In this document: positions 1 to 12,500 of the stretch, piece after piece
Layout: every line of letters starts with the position of its first letter
How positions within the stretch are numbered: the first letter of the stretch is position 1
Source of the DNA: Trichoplax adhaerens
Taxonomy: Eukaryota > Animalia > Placozoa
Direction of reading: 5' to 3'
Assembly (NCBI RefSeq): GCF_000150275.1
Contig: NW_002060944.1
Coordinates: 3,786,123-3,850,122 of the forward strand
Length of the DNA stretch: 64,000 nucleotides
Program-made: the position numbers and the translations under genes
The notes under the pieces: generated by a model
Databases searched by the model: none
Told to the model about the DNA's origin: nothing
Seen by the model: the letters and a program-made list of their open reading frames with translations, nothing else

Positions 1-840
1 AACTATTGCTTCCTAGCCGATCTTGACCCAATGAAAGAACATCAAGTAAGTATTTACAAAGCTCCTTCTCAAAGGCCATTATTCACTATAATTATTATAG
101 ACTCTGCTGAATATCGTGATAGCTGATTAACCACGGGTAAACTACCGTATTAAAAAGCACTGCATTCGTATAAGAGCAAGATCGTGTTCAACTTAAGAAT
201 TTAGCCCTTGTTCTTAACCATTTTTTCAACATTCAAGACAAGAAGAAAATCTGGGGTGCATTTGTAAAGCTACTTCCACCAAGATTAATGTGAACTTTAA
301 GCTTCTTACATTTTATTAAGGTAAATAATCACATTGGCAAAGTCATCCTATCAGCTTCTCAAAGAGCCATATTAGTATTGATTTGACTGTAGGTTTTAAT
401 GGCTGATTAACTACGGTTAAAGTATTGAAAAGGCACTATATTGGATAGAATTTAAAATAGCTTTGTATTAGAGCAAGATCGTAGCATTCAACCTTAAATT
501 ATAGGTCTTACTCAAAATCATTTTACATCGTTAAAGGCAGTAAGCAAGTCTGGTGCGCATTTTTAAAACTATCTTCACCAAGATTAATGTGTACTTTAAG
601 CTTTTTGCATTTGAATAAGGTGACTAATCAACGCTAATCTATCAGAAAAGTTTATAAGTAAAATTATCCTAACAGCATCTCAAAAAAGCCATATCAATAT
701 TGATTATCATGGTGTAATGCTGGATCAAGAGCTCATCCTTTTACGTGACGATAATAATAATCATATGTAATTAACTATTAATACAGGAAGGTCAAAGTTA
801 TTCATTTGTGTTTGTCTGCTGTGAATACGATTACAAATAA
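1..840 (+). CDS. Possible last two exons (1-45, 787-840) of a gene entering from the left edge
   Basis: Open frame NYCFLADLDPMKEHQ ends at a strong donor CAA|gtaagt (46). Acceptor atacag|GAA at 787 continues in phase 0 as EGQSYSFVFVCCEYDYK* (TAA 838-840). No recognisable homology. Confidence 0.3.
55..710. repeat. Diverged ~300-bp tandem duplication (2 copies plus a partial third)
   Basis: Shared blocks ttctcaaag..gccat, gctgattaac.acgg, agagcaagatcgt and caccaagattaatgtg.actttaagctt recur at ~60-305 and ~355-605. Confidence 0.75.
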
Positions 841-1941
841 CTGTCATTACATTAATAATAGCAATTTGGATCATTCTAATTTCTTAGTGGATAGAAATGA
901 TTGATATAGGTCTACTGTATTTGAGAGCGAATTTAGAGTGAATATGACTAATTTTCAATGGAGTAAAGTAAATAAAGTTAAATATCCTTGGAACTGATTC
1001 TATCATGAAGATGAATGTTATGATCGTAAACTAAGCAGTAAGAAGTGAATTCCAAACTGTAGGTTTAATAAGTTAGATTGATTGATGATTAAAATGCAAG
1101 AGGTAGACTATAAAAATTAATCAATTTTTTTTATAATATCTTGTAAGGATGAGATTTGTTATCTAAAAAACTTAATAAGAAAGGATCAGAATTTGTCGCA
1201 CTGTCTTAGTATCAACTTCCATAAGCCGAAAGTCTAGTTGTAAATAAGGTAGCAGAAGCAGTGCATGGCTTTGCTAGGGTTACGAGTTGAAATAAAAGAA
1301 AGCTGTTTTTCTCTTAAAAAAATTTCAAATTCTGATAAGCAAATAAAGGCGATAACTTAACTAGAGAAGATACTAGCGATTAATAGGCATGATGATACTG
1401 ACGATTTAAGTAATAACTAAGGAATTTGTGGGGAAAATAGTATATAACATATGTTATATATAGATAGTGTGATAAGCTAATCGGAGATACTAACGATTAA
1501 TAAAACGCGACGATATTTGACGATTTAATAACGAAGGAAGTTGTGGAGAAAATAATATATTTAGTATGATAACCTTATCAGAGATGATGCTGTACTAGTG
1601 ATTTATAAGCATGATAATATTAATTATAATAAAAGTAATGAAGGAAATTATGAAGAAAATAATTTATATAATATGATAACCTAATCGGAGATAATACTAG
1701 CGATTAATTAGCGTAGCGATATTGATGATTTAAGTAATAGCGAAAGAAGTTGTGGAGAAAATAATGCATTTAGTATGATAACCTAATCAGAGATAAATGC
1801 TATTGATTAATAAGCGTGACAATATTTATAATTTAAGTAATGAAGTAAGTTATAGAGAGAATCATTTATACGAATATAGAATGATAACCTAATCGGACAT
1901 AGTACTAGCGATTAATAAGCGAAAAGATATTGATGATCTAA

Positions 1942-2488
1942 TGTAATGTAACTTAGTATTGTGATTGTAGACAGTTAGCCATGTTTAGTATAATGTACGG
2001 TAGATATTTATCCTAAGAGATATTTGGTAGCTATAACTATAGACTGTAGTGGTAGAGACTCTATGTTAGAGTACAGATGACTATGTACAGTAAGCTGTTG
2101 AGTTACTAATAAGGCTATAGGTAAAAATAGAACTGTAAATCATATATTAGGATATGGTTAATTCATTGTACTTTGGCTGGTGTGAATGATGTCTACGTAA
2201 GTACTGTAGTCGTATCCATATTGGATTAATGATGGTCCGCATTAGAATAGTCTTACTAAGAATAATTTAACTATGTGTAATATAAGGTAAAAGGTTGCTA
2301 TGCGGATTGCAGCTGCGAATGCTACGAAAAGTATAAAAGCATGCAACTTTAGATTATTCTGTTAGTTCGTTGTAGAAGTCTTTAGTAGTAGTATTCGGCT
2401 AGAGTAGAGCTATGTGTAGTTAATCTTTGTATAAGATTGAATAAAGCCCTTATTTTTCTAAAATTTGGAATCTCGTAATTGGTATATA
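1942..2488 (+). mobile_element. Solo LTR, family X, copy 1 (inserted in the minisatellite)
   Basis: Reverse complement of 17400-17951 and 22851-23402. Starts TGTAAT and is flanked by TCTAA (1937-1941 and 2489-2493); the terminal ~5 bp are missing. TATA-like (gtataaaag ~2332) and AATAAA (~2440) set the orientation. Confidence 0.8.
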
Positions 2489-2821
2489 TCTAAGTAATAG
2501 CGAAGAAAGTTGTGGAGAAAATAATGTATTTAGTATGATAACTTAATCAGAGATAATACTAGCGATTAATAAGCGTGACGATATTAATAATTTAAGTAAT
2601 TACGAAGAAAATTGTGGAGGAAATAATATATAGTACGATAACCTTATCGTAGATGATACTACATGGCGATATTGATAATCTAAGTAGTAGCGAAGGAAGT
2701 TGTGGAAAACATAATATATATAGTTTGATAACCTAATCGGAGATGATACTGTATGGCTATATTATTGTCTAAGTAATAGTGAAGAAAGTTGTGAAGAAAA
2801 CAATATATACAGGTATAGTAT

Positions 2822-3273
2822 TGTGATGGAGGCTTCGATATCTCGGAGGATTGAGATATAGTTGCCATTTACAATTAGTACACCAAAAGTTGTATAAAAG
2901 TTATACTTTATTTTAAGTAGTAAAGTAAGCATAGTGAGGTGGTTACGGTAGACCTGCGTGCAAGCTGTCGTGCGTAACGTGTGAAAATTAACCAGGAAAC
3001 TAACGATTTCTGAGGTGGAAAACGGCGGTATTTATAGTTTAAAGATAGAGCATATGCAGAGAATAGGATTGTAGAATTAGATACTACATATACCATAACA
3101 GGTTACAACATAGCTGATGATTATAGCAAACGGCGAGTACCGTGATAACTAAATACAGTAGCCTATATATGAATGTGAAGTAAGCGGACTGAAGATGTTT
3201 AAATATAAGAGCAATGCAACATGTCTATATTTAAGAGTAGAATATAGTTACAGTATACTCTAAATACACTACA
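2822..3273 (-). mobile_element. Solo LTR, family Y, copy 1
   Basis: TGTGAT...ACTACA termini, 5-bp TSD AGTAT (2817-2821, 3274-3278). Inverted homologue at 37264-37749. Confidence 0.85.
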
Positions 3274-3891
3274 AGTATGATAAACTAATTGGAGGTGATA
3301 CTGCGTGATAATATGAATGATTTAAGAAATCGCGAAGGAAATTAAGGAGAAATTAGTATATTCAATATAAAAACTTAATCGAAGATGATACTACGTGGCA
3401 ATATTAATGTCATAAGTAATAGCGAAGAAAGTAATATATTTATGGTTAAAGAGAAGGAATTTATGGAAAAAATAATTTATATAGTATGATAGCCTAACTG
3501 GAGATGATACTAACGAATAAAATAAGCGTGGCGATATTGATGATTCAAGTAATATCGAAAGAATTTGTAGAGAAAGTTATCTATATAGTACCGGTATGTT
3601 AACTTAATCGGAGATGATACTGCGTGACGATATTGATGATTTAAGTAATAGTGAAGGAAATTGAGCAGAAATAGCATATATAGTACAATAGCCTAATAAG
3701 ATATGATACTAGTAATTAATAACTGTGACGATATTGATGATTCAAGTAATGGCGAAGGAGGTTGTGGAGAAAATAATATATACAGTATGATAACGTAATT
3801 AGACACTATACGGTGTATCGATATTTACGAATTCAAGTAATAGCGAAGGAAGCCGTGGTAAAATAATATATACAGCATGATAGCCTAATTG

Positions 3892-4058
3892 NNNNNNNNN
3901 NNNNNNNNNNNNNNNNNNNNNNNNNNNNNNNNNNNNNNNNNNNNNNNNNNNNNNNNNNNNNNNNNNNNNNNNNNNNNNNNNNNNNNNNNNNNNNNNNNNN
4001 NNNNNNNNNNNNNNNNNNNNNNNNNNNNNNNNNNNNNNNNNNNNNNNNNNNNNNNNNN
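3892..4058. other. Assembly gap (N run) inside the minisatellite
   Basis: 167 consecutive N. Confidence 1.
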
Positions 4059-6208
4059 GAAAATAATATATTTAGTATGATAACCTAGTCGGAAATGATA
4101 GTAGGGATTATTTTAAGCTTGACGATACTGACGATTTAAGTAGTCGCGAAGGGACTTGTAAAGAAAATAACATAAATATCATGATAATCTAATTGGAGAT
4201 GATACTAGCAATTAATAAGCGTGACGACATTGATGATTCAAGTAGTAGCGAAGGAAGTTGAAGAGAAAATAATATATATCTATGCATTGTATGAGTCACA
4301 TAAACGCTTCTGTAAATTAGTGTCATGGTAAAATACAGTAGAATGGCTTTGTATTAGAAAATGAATACGAGTATGCTTAGTAATTGTGAATTAAAAGAAT
4401 TTTGTAAATTAAATTCAAAATTGAAAACCATACCTAAATATAATAGAATGGAAAAAAACTAGAAATAGAATGAGCTTGGCAATAGATAACTTATGCTGCT
4501 GTAGAGTGTACAATAATTGCGAAAACAGCAGAATCTGGCATAAATAATCAATTTATTCAATTCTGGATAACCAATCAATAATTTGAGAACAAGAAATTAT
4601 TTAATACGGGCAAATGTGAAATTATAACCCGTTAGGAATATCTGATTTTTTTAAATTATCTGCGTAGAAAATCAGTTATATGATATATTACTTGGATACC
4701 GGTACGCTAAACCAAGTAAAAACCTATTTCCGACGTGCATATTTTCAGTATCCGTTCGACTTTTCTGTTTTGTAGCGGATGCTTCATCAAATAATGCATC
4801 GAAATGACTTGATTTGTCAGATTTCAAGATATTTATATGACTGTTGACATGGTATAATAAAGGACAGGCAAAACTATTTCTAATCATAACAAACTTATTA
4901 TTGATAATGTATAAGAAAAATTTCATGGAATAGAATATTACGTTAGTTATATTATTAACAATTAGTTATCAGAATAATACGACAGACCATAACACCATGC
5001 TAATATTAATTATTAATTATTTATAGGAACACTAGTAAAGACTTTAGTTAGTACTATAAATCCACCAAAACAATAATATAGAAGTTATATTTACAGCTTA
5101 TAGATGATAAAATAAGGCATATAGCTGTAGATACAATATATAACAGTAACTTGTAAACTATAGAATGATATATTCAATAGAACATTTATTATTGACAGTA
5201 ATATATTCTTTAAATAAGTAATGAGTGGTAAGATGATAATTTATCCATGTTTTATTAATTGTAAAGTATACGCTTCCTTATATTACTATGCCATTGCAGT
5301 TAAGGATGAAACATCGAAACAGCCTTAAAATAATTTATACGGCATACCGGCTAGGCTCCGGGAAGAGACAAAGAGAGAAAAAGTACGTTAGTAGGTAGAT
5401 AATAATGAACTTTTAATCTATGAGCATACGTATACTTGACTAAAACTATTAAAGTTATTAATGGTAAATCAGCATCTATTTGAACACCCATCAATCTGTA
5501 AGAATAGGTTAAAGATTATAAAAGAAAGTGAAAATAGCTTAGCAAGAACGATATGATTAGATTACTAGCATGATATTGTTAAAATTAACTATAATAATCA
5601 ATCGCATGATAACAATAAATAGCTTTTAAGTAATTCATTCTTATAACAGTCAACAATTAAATGGATATAGAAAACATAACCCGCTTACTTTTCTAAGTCT
5701 TACAATGCATATTATTAAGGGTTCAATATCACTGTTGAACTCTAATTAGAATTATGTATTGATATAGAGGATAAGCGGATATGTGCAAGAAAGGGAGGGA
5801 GAAACAAAGTGATAAAGATATATCACAAGCAGAATAAAATAAATTAAACAGAGTAATCTCTGGCGAAAGTAATAATCGTTGAAATTCGCATATTTAATAT
5901 TATACCTCAATAGCGTAATAAAACTGAACGTTTTACTAAATTGAGTTGATTTTCATTTTTATGTCATTGCCACTTAGAATGTAAGGATGAGAAAGGAAAA
6001 ACCATTGCGTTGTATTATTTTCATGACATCAACACCTTAATAAAGTTTCGGCAAATCTTCTCCATCACTCTTAGAGCTTAAAGAATATAGTCTTAATGGC
6101 TAAAGATGGCAATTGTGTACTCATAGTGCATTCCATAATTCCACTAATTAATAATGAGTCACTGTTAATAATTTTTACTTATAAGGAGATGATCTTGCAT
6201 TATGAATA

Positions 6209-7309
6209 TTATGATAACGTAAAGTCACTTTCTTTTTCCCATGCCTTTACGACAGTATTAATGTGTGAATTATTAGCAAATGATGACGGTAGTATCGAAA
6301 CTCGATTTAAAGTAACAGTTATTCGACAACGGAGTAATTCTATAAATCCCTCACGATAATATTTGTTGGAGATTGCATAGATTAATGGATTTAGAGTTGA
6401 ATTAAGTCCTGTCAATAATTTAGTAATACGACGAATTGTAATATTTTTAAACAATCTTGGATCGTGTATTGCCATGGTGTAATAAATTTCATTCGGTAAC
6501 CAACAAATTAAGAAAACAACGGCAGCTATAAAACTCATGACTGTTACTTGTTTGCGAATAAGCGCATCACGTTGAGAACTGCGAATAATAGTATTTTTGG
6601 GGGGTTCAACTCGTACCTTTTTTCGATAGCTAGAATGAAGTATTCGACGTCCAATATCTAGATAAACAACCGCAATAAGGAGACTTGGTATAAATATACG
6701 AACGACTTGGAGCGCTGTTACAACGGCTGCTTTATCGGCGGGGTTTACCCATATAAAAAATACACATTTCGTACCATTAGGACCAGCAGTTCTATCTAGG
6801 AAATTATCCATGGCAAGCCCAATATTAGCGATCCATATTATTATGATAGTGATTAACGCTTTTCTCTTCGTACAAATTTCCTTATAAGAAAACGGCATAG
6901 CAATGGCAAACCATCGATCGACACAGATAGCTAATAATGTCCATACTGAGATAAAACCTAGCATAAAAAATAGTGCATTTGACCAAATCAAGCGACAAAA
7001 TAATTCAAGGCCAACATGAGGGATTGGATAATCGGGTATTGGTATAACAAAACCCGGTACAACAATCAGTAATATACCGCTCAGCATATCAGTAGCAGCT
7101 AAATTCAGAAACAGATATTCAGTAGCTTTTGCAGTTGGTGATTTCTTCTTGTAAAGGATGATGCAAAACATTGAATTGGATACAACTGAGACGACAGCTA
7201 TAAGTACATAAGCTGAAGAAATAATATATTGGCCAGCATTTGATACGTTATTTTCACTTTGAGTACCATTACCTAATTCAGTAGAGTTGTTGTACGAGTA
7301 TAAACTCAT
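6209..7309 (-). CDS. Intronless class A (rhodopsin-like) GPCR, orphan, 366 aa
   Basis: Seven hydrophobic helices; N-terminal N-glycosylation sites; TM2 LAATD, TM3 C...DRW, TM6 CWLP, TM7 NSTLNPLIY, helix 8 YREGF. Confidence 0.95.
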   Translation of the reverse strand: MSLYSYNNSTELGNGTQSENNVSNAGQYIISSAYVLIAVVSVVSNSMFCIILYKKKSPTAKATEYLFLNLAATDMLSGILLIVVPGFVIPIPDYPIPHVGLELFCRLIWSNALFFMLGFISVWTLLAICVDRWFAIAMPFSYKEICTKRKALITIIIIWIANIGLAMDNFLDRTAGPNGTKCVFFIWVNPADKAAVVTALQVVRIFIPSLLIAVVYLDIGRRILHSSYRKKVRVEPPKNTIIRSSQRDALIRKQVTVMSFIAAVVFLICWLPNEIYYTMAIHDPRLFKNITIRRITKLLTGLNSTLNPLIYAISNKYYREGFIELLRCRITVTLNRVSILPSSFANNSHINTVVKAWEKESDFTLS

Positions 7310-8984
7310 TATTATCTGCTATGTCTTCAATTAAAACTAGGAAGATTTCAAAAATATCATGGAAGGCAATTTATCTGATGGATCAAATCAAACAGCCATT
7401 GCGCATTTGAAATGAGAAAAAATTATTCTGCCAATACTTATTATCCTATTTTTATCGATAAGCAATAAAGTTGCAAGCATGGAAATTACCTTTTCTTTGA
7501 TAGTTTTATTTCTGATAACCTTAATTTTATTAACTTTTTACCTAGACAAAGATCAGTCGTCAATGAACTGTCTCTAGAAAAGCGATCCTACATAATCCTG
7601 CATAATCGATAAGAAATTAATATGGATGTAAGTTCAGATATCTAATTATATTTACGTGAATTATCATCTATTCACTTCTTTATTTCCCGATTGCCTAATC
7701 ATATAAATATATTAATAAAATATTGTATTAATATGATCAATTAAATATCGACTACGTCAGATATAAATAAATTATACATGTTTCTGATATTAAAATATTA
7801 AAACTAAAAGTACAATTTTATACTGATCGCTCTTATATTGTTGCCGCTATATGATTATTATTAATAATATAATTAGTAAGCGTAAATATAATTTTTACTA
7901 ATAATTTTCAACGAAAACCTTCATGATGTGTCATAAGGTAGACTATCGTTAGTTTTTTAAGTTACAAAGATATTTTTATTAACAAGTAGTTCGCTAAGAA
8001 TTAAGAATTAATTGTGCCTTAATTTACCTATCTACAGTCGTAATAAATATTTAAAATAAAGTATTAGTAAATAGTAGCTGACATGATGATGAAATAACGC
8101 ATCTAAACTATTTGTTCGTTCGTAGTAGCAATCGATCAATCGTAAACGTGTATGTCAATTAACCATCCATCATAAAAGTATTTTGTAGAAATATTATTTT
8201 TTCTGACATCCTTTTTCTTTTTAGCTTCCTCCCACTTACAGATTCATTGATATTTAAAAATAGTTTTAGATTTGTATTTAACATTAGTTATTTTATATAT
8301 CTTCTTTGTGCATTTTTGAAAAAAAATTAAAGATTGAATAAACTGTGTATTGATAGGTTAAATTATCATAAACGTTAAAAGGATTTTTTAAAATGTATGT
8401 TGCATTATTATTCAATGGTAATATTAATATCTATAGTTCGAGCATATAATTTTGGGTTACTTAGTATATAAATAAAAGATAAGTCGAAATTGCTTAATAC
8501 ATAATTGAATATTTTATTATGATTCAAAGTAATATTATGATGCAAAAAATGTTTTATTGGATCAATTCAATTAAAAATTTTATAATAGTTGCAGAATATT
8601 TACTTTACGAGGATAATTGTCGTTTAATAAAACTATACTAAGCTAGAAATTTTATTAACCGTTTTGTTCCTGCTAATATAACAGCAACATTTGAAGTTGT
8701 TAAATCATACAAAGTGTATATTATTCGAAAGCTTAGAAATAACAGAAATCAACAATAATCTGTCCATCGCATCCATTACTATGGTGTATAAGAATTAGCT
8801 AATAAGTTGATAAACAACAGAGTTGAGAATAGATCGAAGCTAACTTTTCCATTAAAGTAAATCTACCAACTAGATACCAAGATATCAAGTAGTAAATGCA
8901 TACAGCTAGAAAATATACGTATACCATTTAATGATCGAACTTTAAAATTTTACCAAAATTATGTATGTTAGCTTATCCTAAAAT

Positions 8985-9530
8985 AGCTTCGTGAAAAGGA
9001 TAACGTAAAACAAATCTCTAAATTACTTAAGTCTCCTGGATTCAGTATCCTTTAACTATCAGGCAAGAATTTAGACACCTTTACTTCTACGTTAAATGAC
9101 TAGAGAATTCCTATTTTATTCAGCTATTTGCCGAGCTTAATTATTCTTCAGCAGCAGCTATCATAAATAAGTCATCGTAAGGCTATGAAGTTTAGTTCAT
9201 ATTGAATACCTAAATTAATGCAGAAAATATTCATAATCGTAGACATGTACAGAATGATTCTATATAATTAAGCTACAGTATGTCCATTCACAGAATTAAT
9301 TATGGTATCATCTATATGTGAATATCTTCAGAATATTAATCTCAAGCGTTACAAGACATAGCACTTTCATTAATTTAGCATCAGATAATATATAAGGACC
9401 CTTACTACAGTACTGCATAATTTACTATAATAAAATAATAACAACCGTGATTCTTACTGTTATCACCATATGTAAATGTTAATTCACTAAATTTAGTTAT
9501 TTAACTCTTTACGGTAGCTCACGGCTGCAA
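8985..9530. mobile_element. Degenerate copy of LTR-like family Z
   Basis: Homologous to 50736-51168 (gcttcgtga.aaggataacgtaaaa.aaatctctaaattac...gattcagtatcc...tatgtccattcacagaat...acggtag). Termini are eroded and boundaries approximate. Confidence 0.65.
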
Positions 9531-12500
9531 AAATTGAATTAAAACTTGTAATTTTAAATATTTCATTCTAAAGAGCAAATTGAATACCGTTTCAAATTTG
9601 AAGCTTTGTTTTTAAAAATTAGTAAAGTAGATACAGTATATGCAGAAGCGATATTATTAGGGTAAGTACTAACTTTATATTACTTTACGGTATTTAATTA
9701 TTGCTCTACGATGGAATAAAATTTATCTGATAACTGCAGCATAATTATCATTAAGTAACTCTGCTTGCAATGAGCTGACACCTATCTATTTTTTATGCAA
9801 ATTAATATGGATAATAGAATATTCTGTTACATTATTCAATTACAACAAATTAATTTTACAAAGCGAAAGTAAAGTTTAGCTCGTTCTTAAAAAGCTATGG
9901 GTCTTATAGTTGAAACAGAGAAATAATGAGCTTTGGCTTTCTAGGAATAGGAGATTGTGATTAATTACGAGTTAAACGACAGATAAGATGACGCGAAAAG
10001 AATAACTGCCTACAGTCGGAGCCTTTCATTTTTTCAATGCAAGCCTAACTCTTGCAGCGCGCTCTGTAACCGATATCAACTGTCGCCGCAATAGACCAAA
10101 AATGCTTGATTTAAGACCCATAACTTATATTTATTAGATTACGCTTCATTAAGTTGTTTGCCTAAAGATATAGCTTATTAGAATAAAAATCTATAATGTG
10201 TTCATAGATCATAAATTATATAAGCCAGATGTATCGCTGCGATATCTTAATTAATGATCACAAAATTTAATAGCATTTTTTAATTTTGATAATTAAAAAA
10301 ATTAATAAAATTATATTTCGTTAAAAACCTTTAATAGACTGTAATCTCCACAAATTAGATTCTAACGCATCACCGTCTATTAGTCTAGTCCTCAACCGTT
10401 GCACTATATTGAAGTAGAAGAAGAATATTACAGATGTTTTAACCATGTAGTTTATATTATACTGGTCGACTTGTATGTTCGTATTAGAAATGTGCACTCT
10501 GTATTTTTGACTCATGTACTGTACGTATTATAATCAACTGAAATTAAGCATATCTTCATCAATCTATACTCACTGACCAATAATAATTAGTTCAATCGAT
10601 TTTTCGCTTTGATGGTAACTTCTGAAACTATAAATTTTAGATAGCAGAACGAACTAAGTATTACAGAATGTTAGTAAATACGGTGTAATATACCAAAATT
10701 GAAAATAGTAGGATGCCTTTTATACTTATACGCATAGAATTATCCCTTGATAGCAATAAGTCTAGTGAAATATTAATTAATCGAATAGAAAATATCGCAG
10801 CGCTTTATGATGAAAAGGAATCATGCCTAATACTCACAACTTAACAAAATAAAATTTCACATTGTAATACGAGAGCTCATGGCGAAATATGTCCATAAGG
10901 AATAAGTACCAAGTCTATTACTCTGTGAGTGAATTAAAATTTATATTAGTAGACAAAACAAGTCAAGATAACATCAGATCAGGCTAAAATGCAAGTAAAT
11001 TGAAAAACAGCTTAAATCATTCAACATTAAATACATAAATAGAATTAAGAGATAATACATCAAATGCAGCTACAGTAGGTTAGCAACGGTAGATTAAAAA
11101 TTAAGAATAAGCATGGTAATATTACAATCATAGCATGGTTAAATATGCTGTCTTTAGAGGCTGAATGATTATTATATTATTTGCCTTAAAGTAATAAAAA
11201 ATATGGCTTAGAAAATCATCTTATAAAGGAAATATTGATACCCGTATTATTAGTCTCAACGCTGGGCATTGATTCATGTTAAGCTGGTTAATCGAAGCTT
11301 AAGCAACGAAAGTGTCTGGTTTATTTGTAACACTAATTCTTTAAAGGATTATATTCGCAATGTTACAGTATAATTTTCGGTTACCAATGCCAATATATTA
11401 AAGGAACGAAATTCATAATTGGTAACTTTGCTACCTTCACAGACTTTGAAGTATAAAATTGTTGAACTACTTTAGACTGCTAGCTCATTTTGGTATGATT
11501 TGATGCTCTGTTCATTAATTGGCTTTCATTACAGGTTATAATATCTTGGCTAAGATGACTCCAGTTAGGCGAAGCACTGAATACCGGAAAATTAACAATC
11601 CATTATATTTAAAAATAGTTATGAGCCCTTTTCATCGATTTTTCCAAAATCTACTGTTTTAGTTAACTATAACTACACAAATATTTTATTACTCTTTAAC
11701 AAGCATGATCATACAGTGTGATCTGCTTATAATCAATCCCGTGGATTTCAGTCGCCAACTATTAAGCTTAATGAGTTTTTGGCTAGAGATGTAGATTTAC
11801 TGCCTAACTAGCATTACAATCCTTACCTTTATAATAGATTTAATATTATGAGGCTTTTAGCTGCTAATATTACAGATTTTATCCTTAATTTTCAACTAAT
11901 TATAAAAATAATTCTATATTGGTGAATATCAACCTTTTGATGTCTGTATTTACTGTACTGAGATCGAAGAAAGGTAAATTTGACATTTCCTTGCGTTAAC
12001 AGTCAATTATTAGAATAGCTAAAGCATATTATGCACTAACCTACGATTTACGCTTTAATTTTTATCATTAGATTTACGAGTATATTATGTCATGAAGAGA
12101 CTTCTATGTAGCTAATTCTATTATAAAGAGGAGAATTCTAATAATACGTTTGTGACAAATATTAATTGAGAGATAAATTTCCAGTTACATATATGACCAA
12201 TGCTAGTTCGATCAGGAGATAAAATCCAAGAAATTGGCATTAAAAGTTGGCTTTATATATAGCTTTGATTTATCTTTACTACAGATTGAATTATAACTTA
12301 AAAAAATTTCAAACGGCTTTCTGATTGATTAATAAAATCAAATAAAGACATTAAGTATCGATGAAATTGTCTATTTCCAATAGAAAATAAGAAAATAAAC
12401 ACCATTCCCAAATGATAGTACTCAACTTTACCAAGTGACGACGTTAATCACAAAGATGGCTATAGAAATAATTCCTGGCCATTGTAGGTTATTTATAAAA

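Larger units (their letters stand above)
1345..4280. repeat. ~85-105-bp minisatellite array interrupted by two solo LTRs and an N gap
   Basis: Unit approximately GATAACCTAATCGGAGATGATACTAGCGATTAATAAGCGTGACGATATTGATGATTTAAGTAATAGCGAAGGAAGTTGTGGAGAAAATAATATAT, repeated many times (e.g. starts near 1675 and 1777). Confidence 0.9.

Noticed and set aside
787-840. DHFR-like C-terminus for the left-edge exons
   Set aside because: Resemblance is only compositional; too short to assign.
2680-3096. Short minus-strand ORFs
   Set aside because: Span the minisatellite and LTR Y; no coding signature.
3889-4080. ORF of X residues
   Set aside because: Artefact of the N gap.
1345-4280. CRISPR-like periodicity
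   Set aside because: Whole units are homologous with no unique spacers; eukaryotic context; no cas genes.
6096-6359. 87-aa plus-strand ORF (likewise 15950, 26316, 56038, 60903)
   Set aside because: Antisense shadows of real minus-strand exons.
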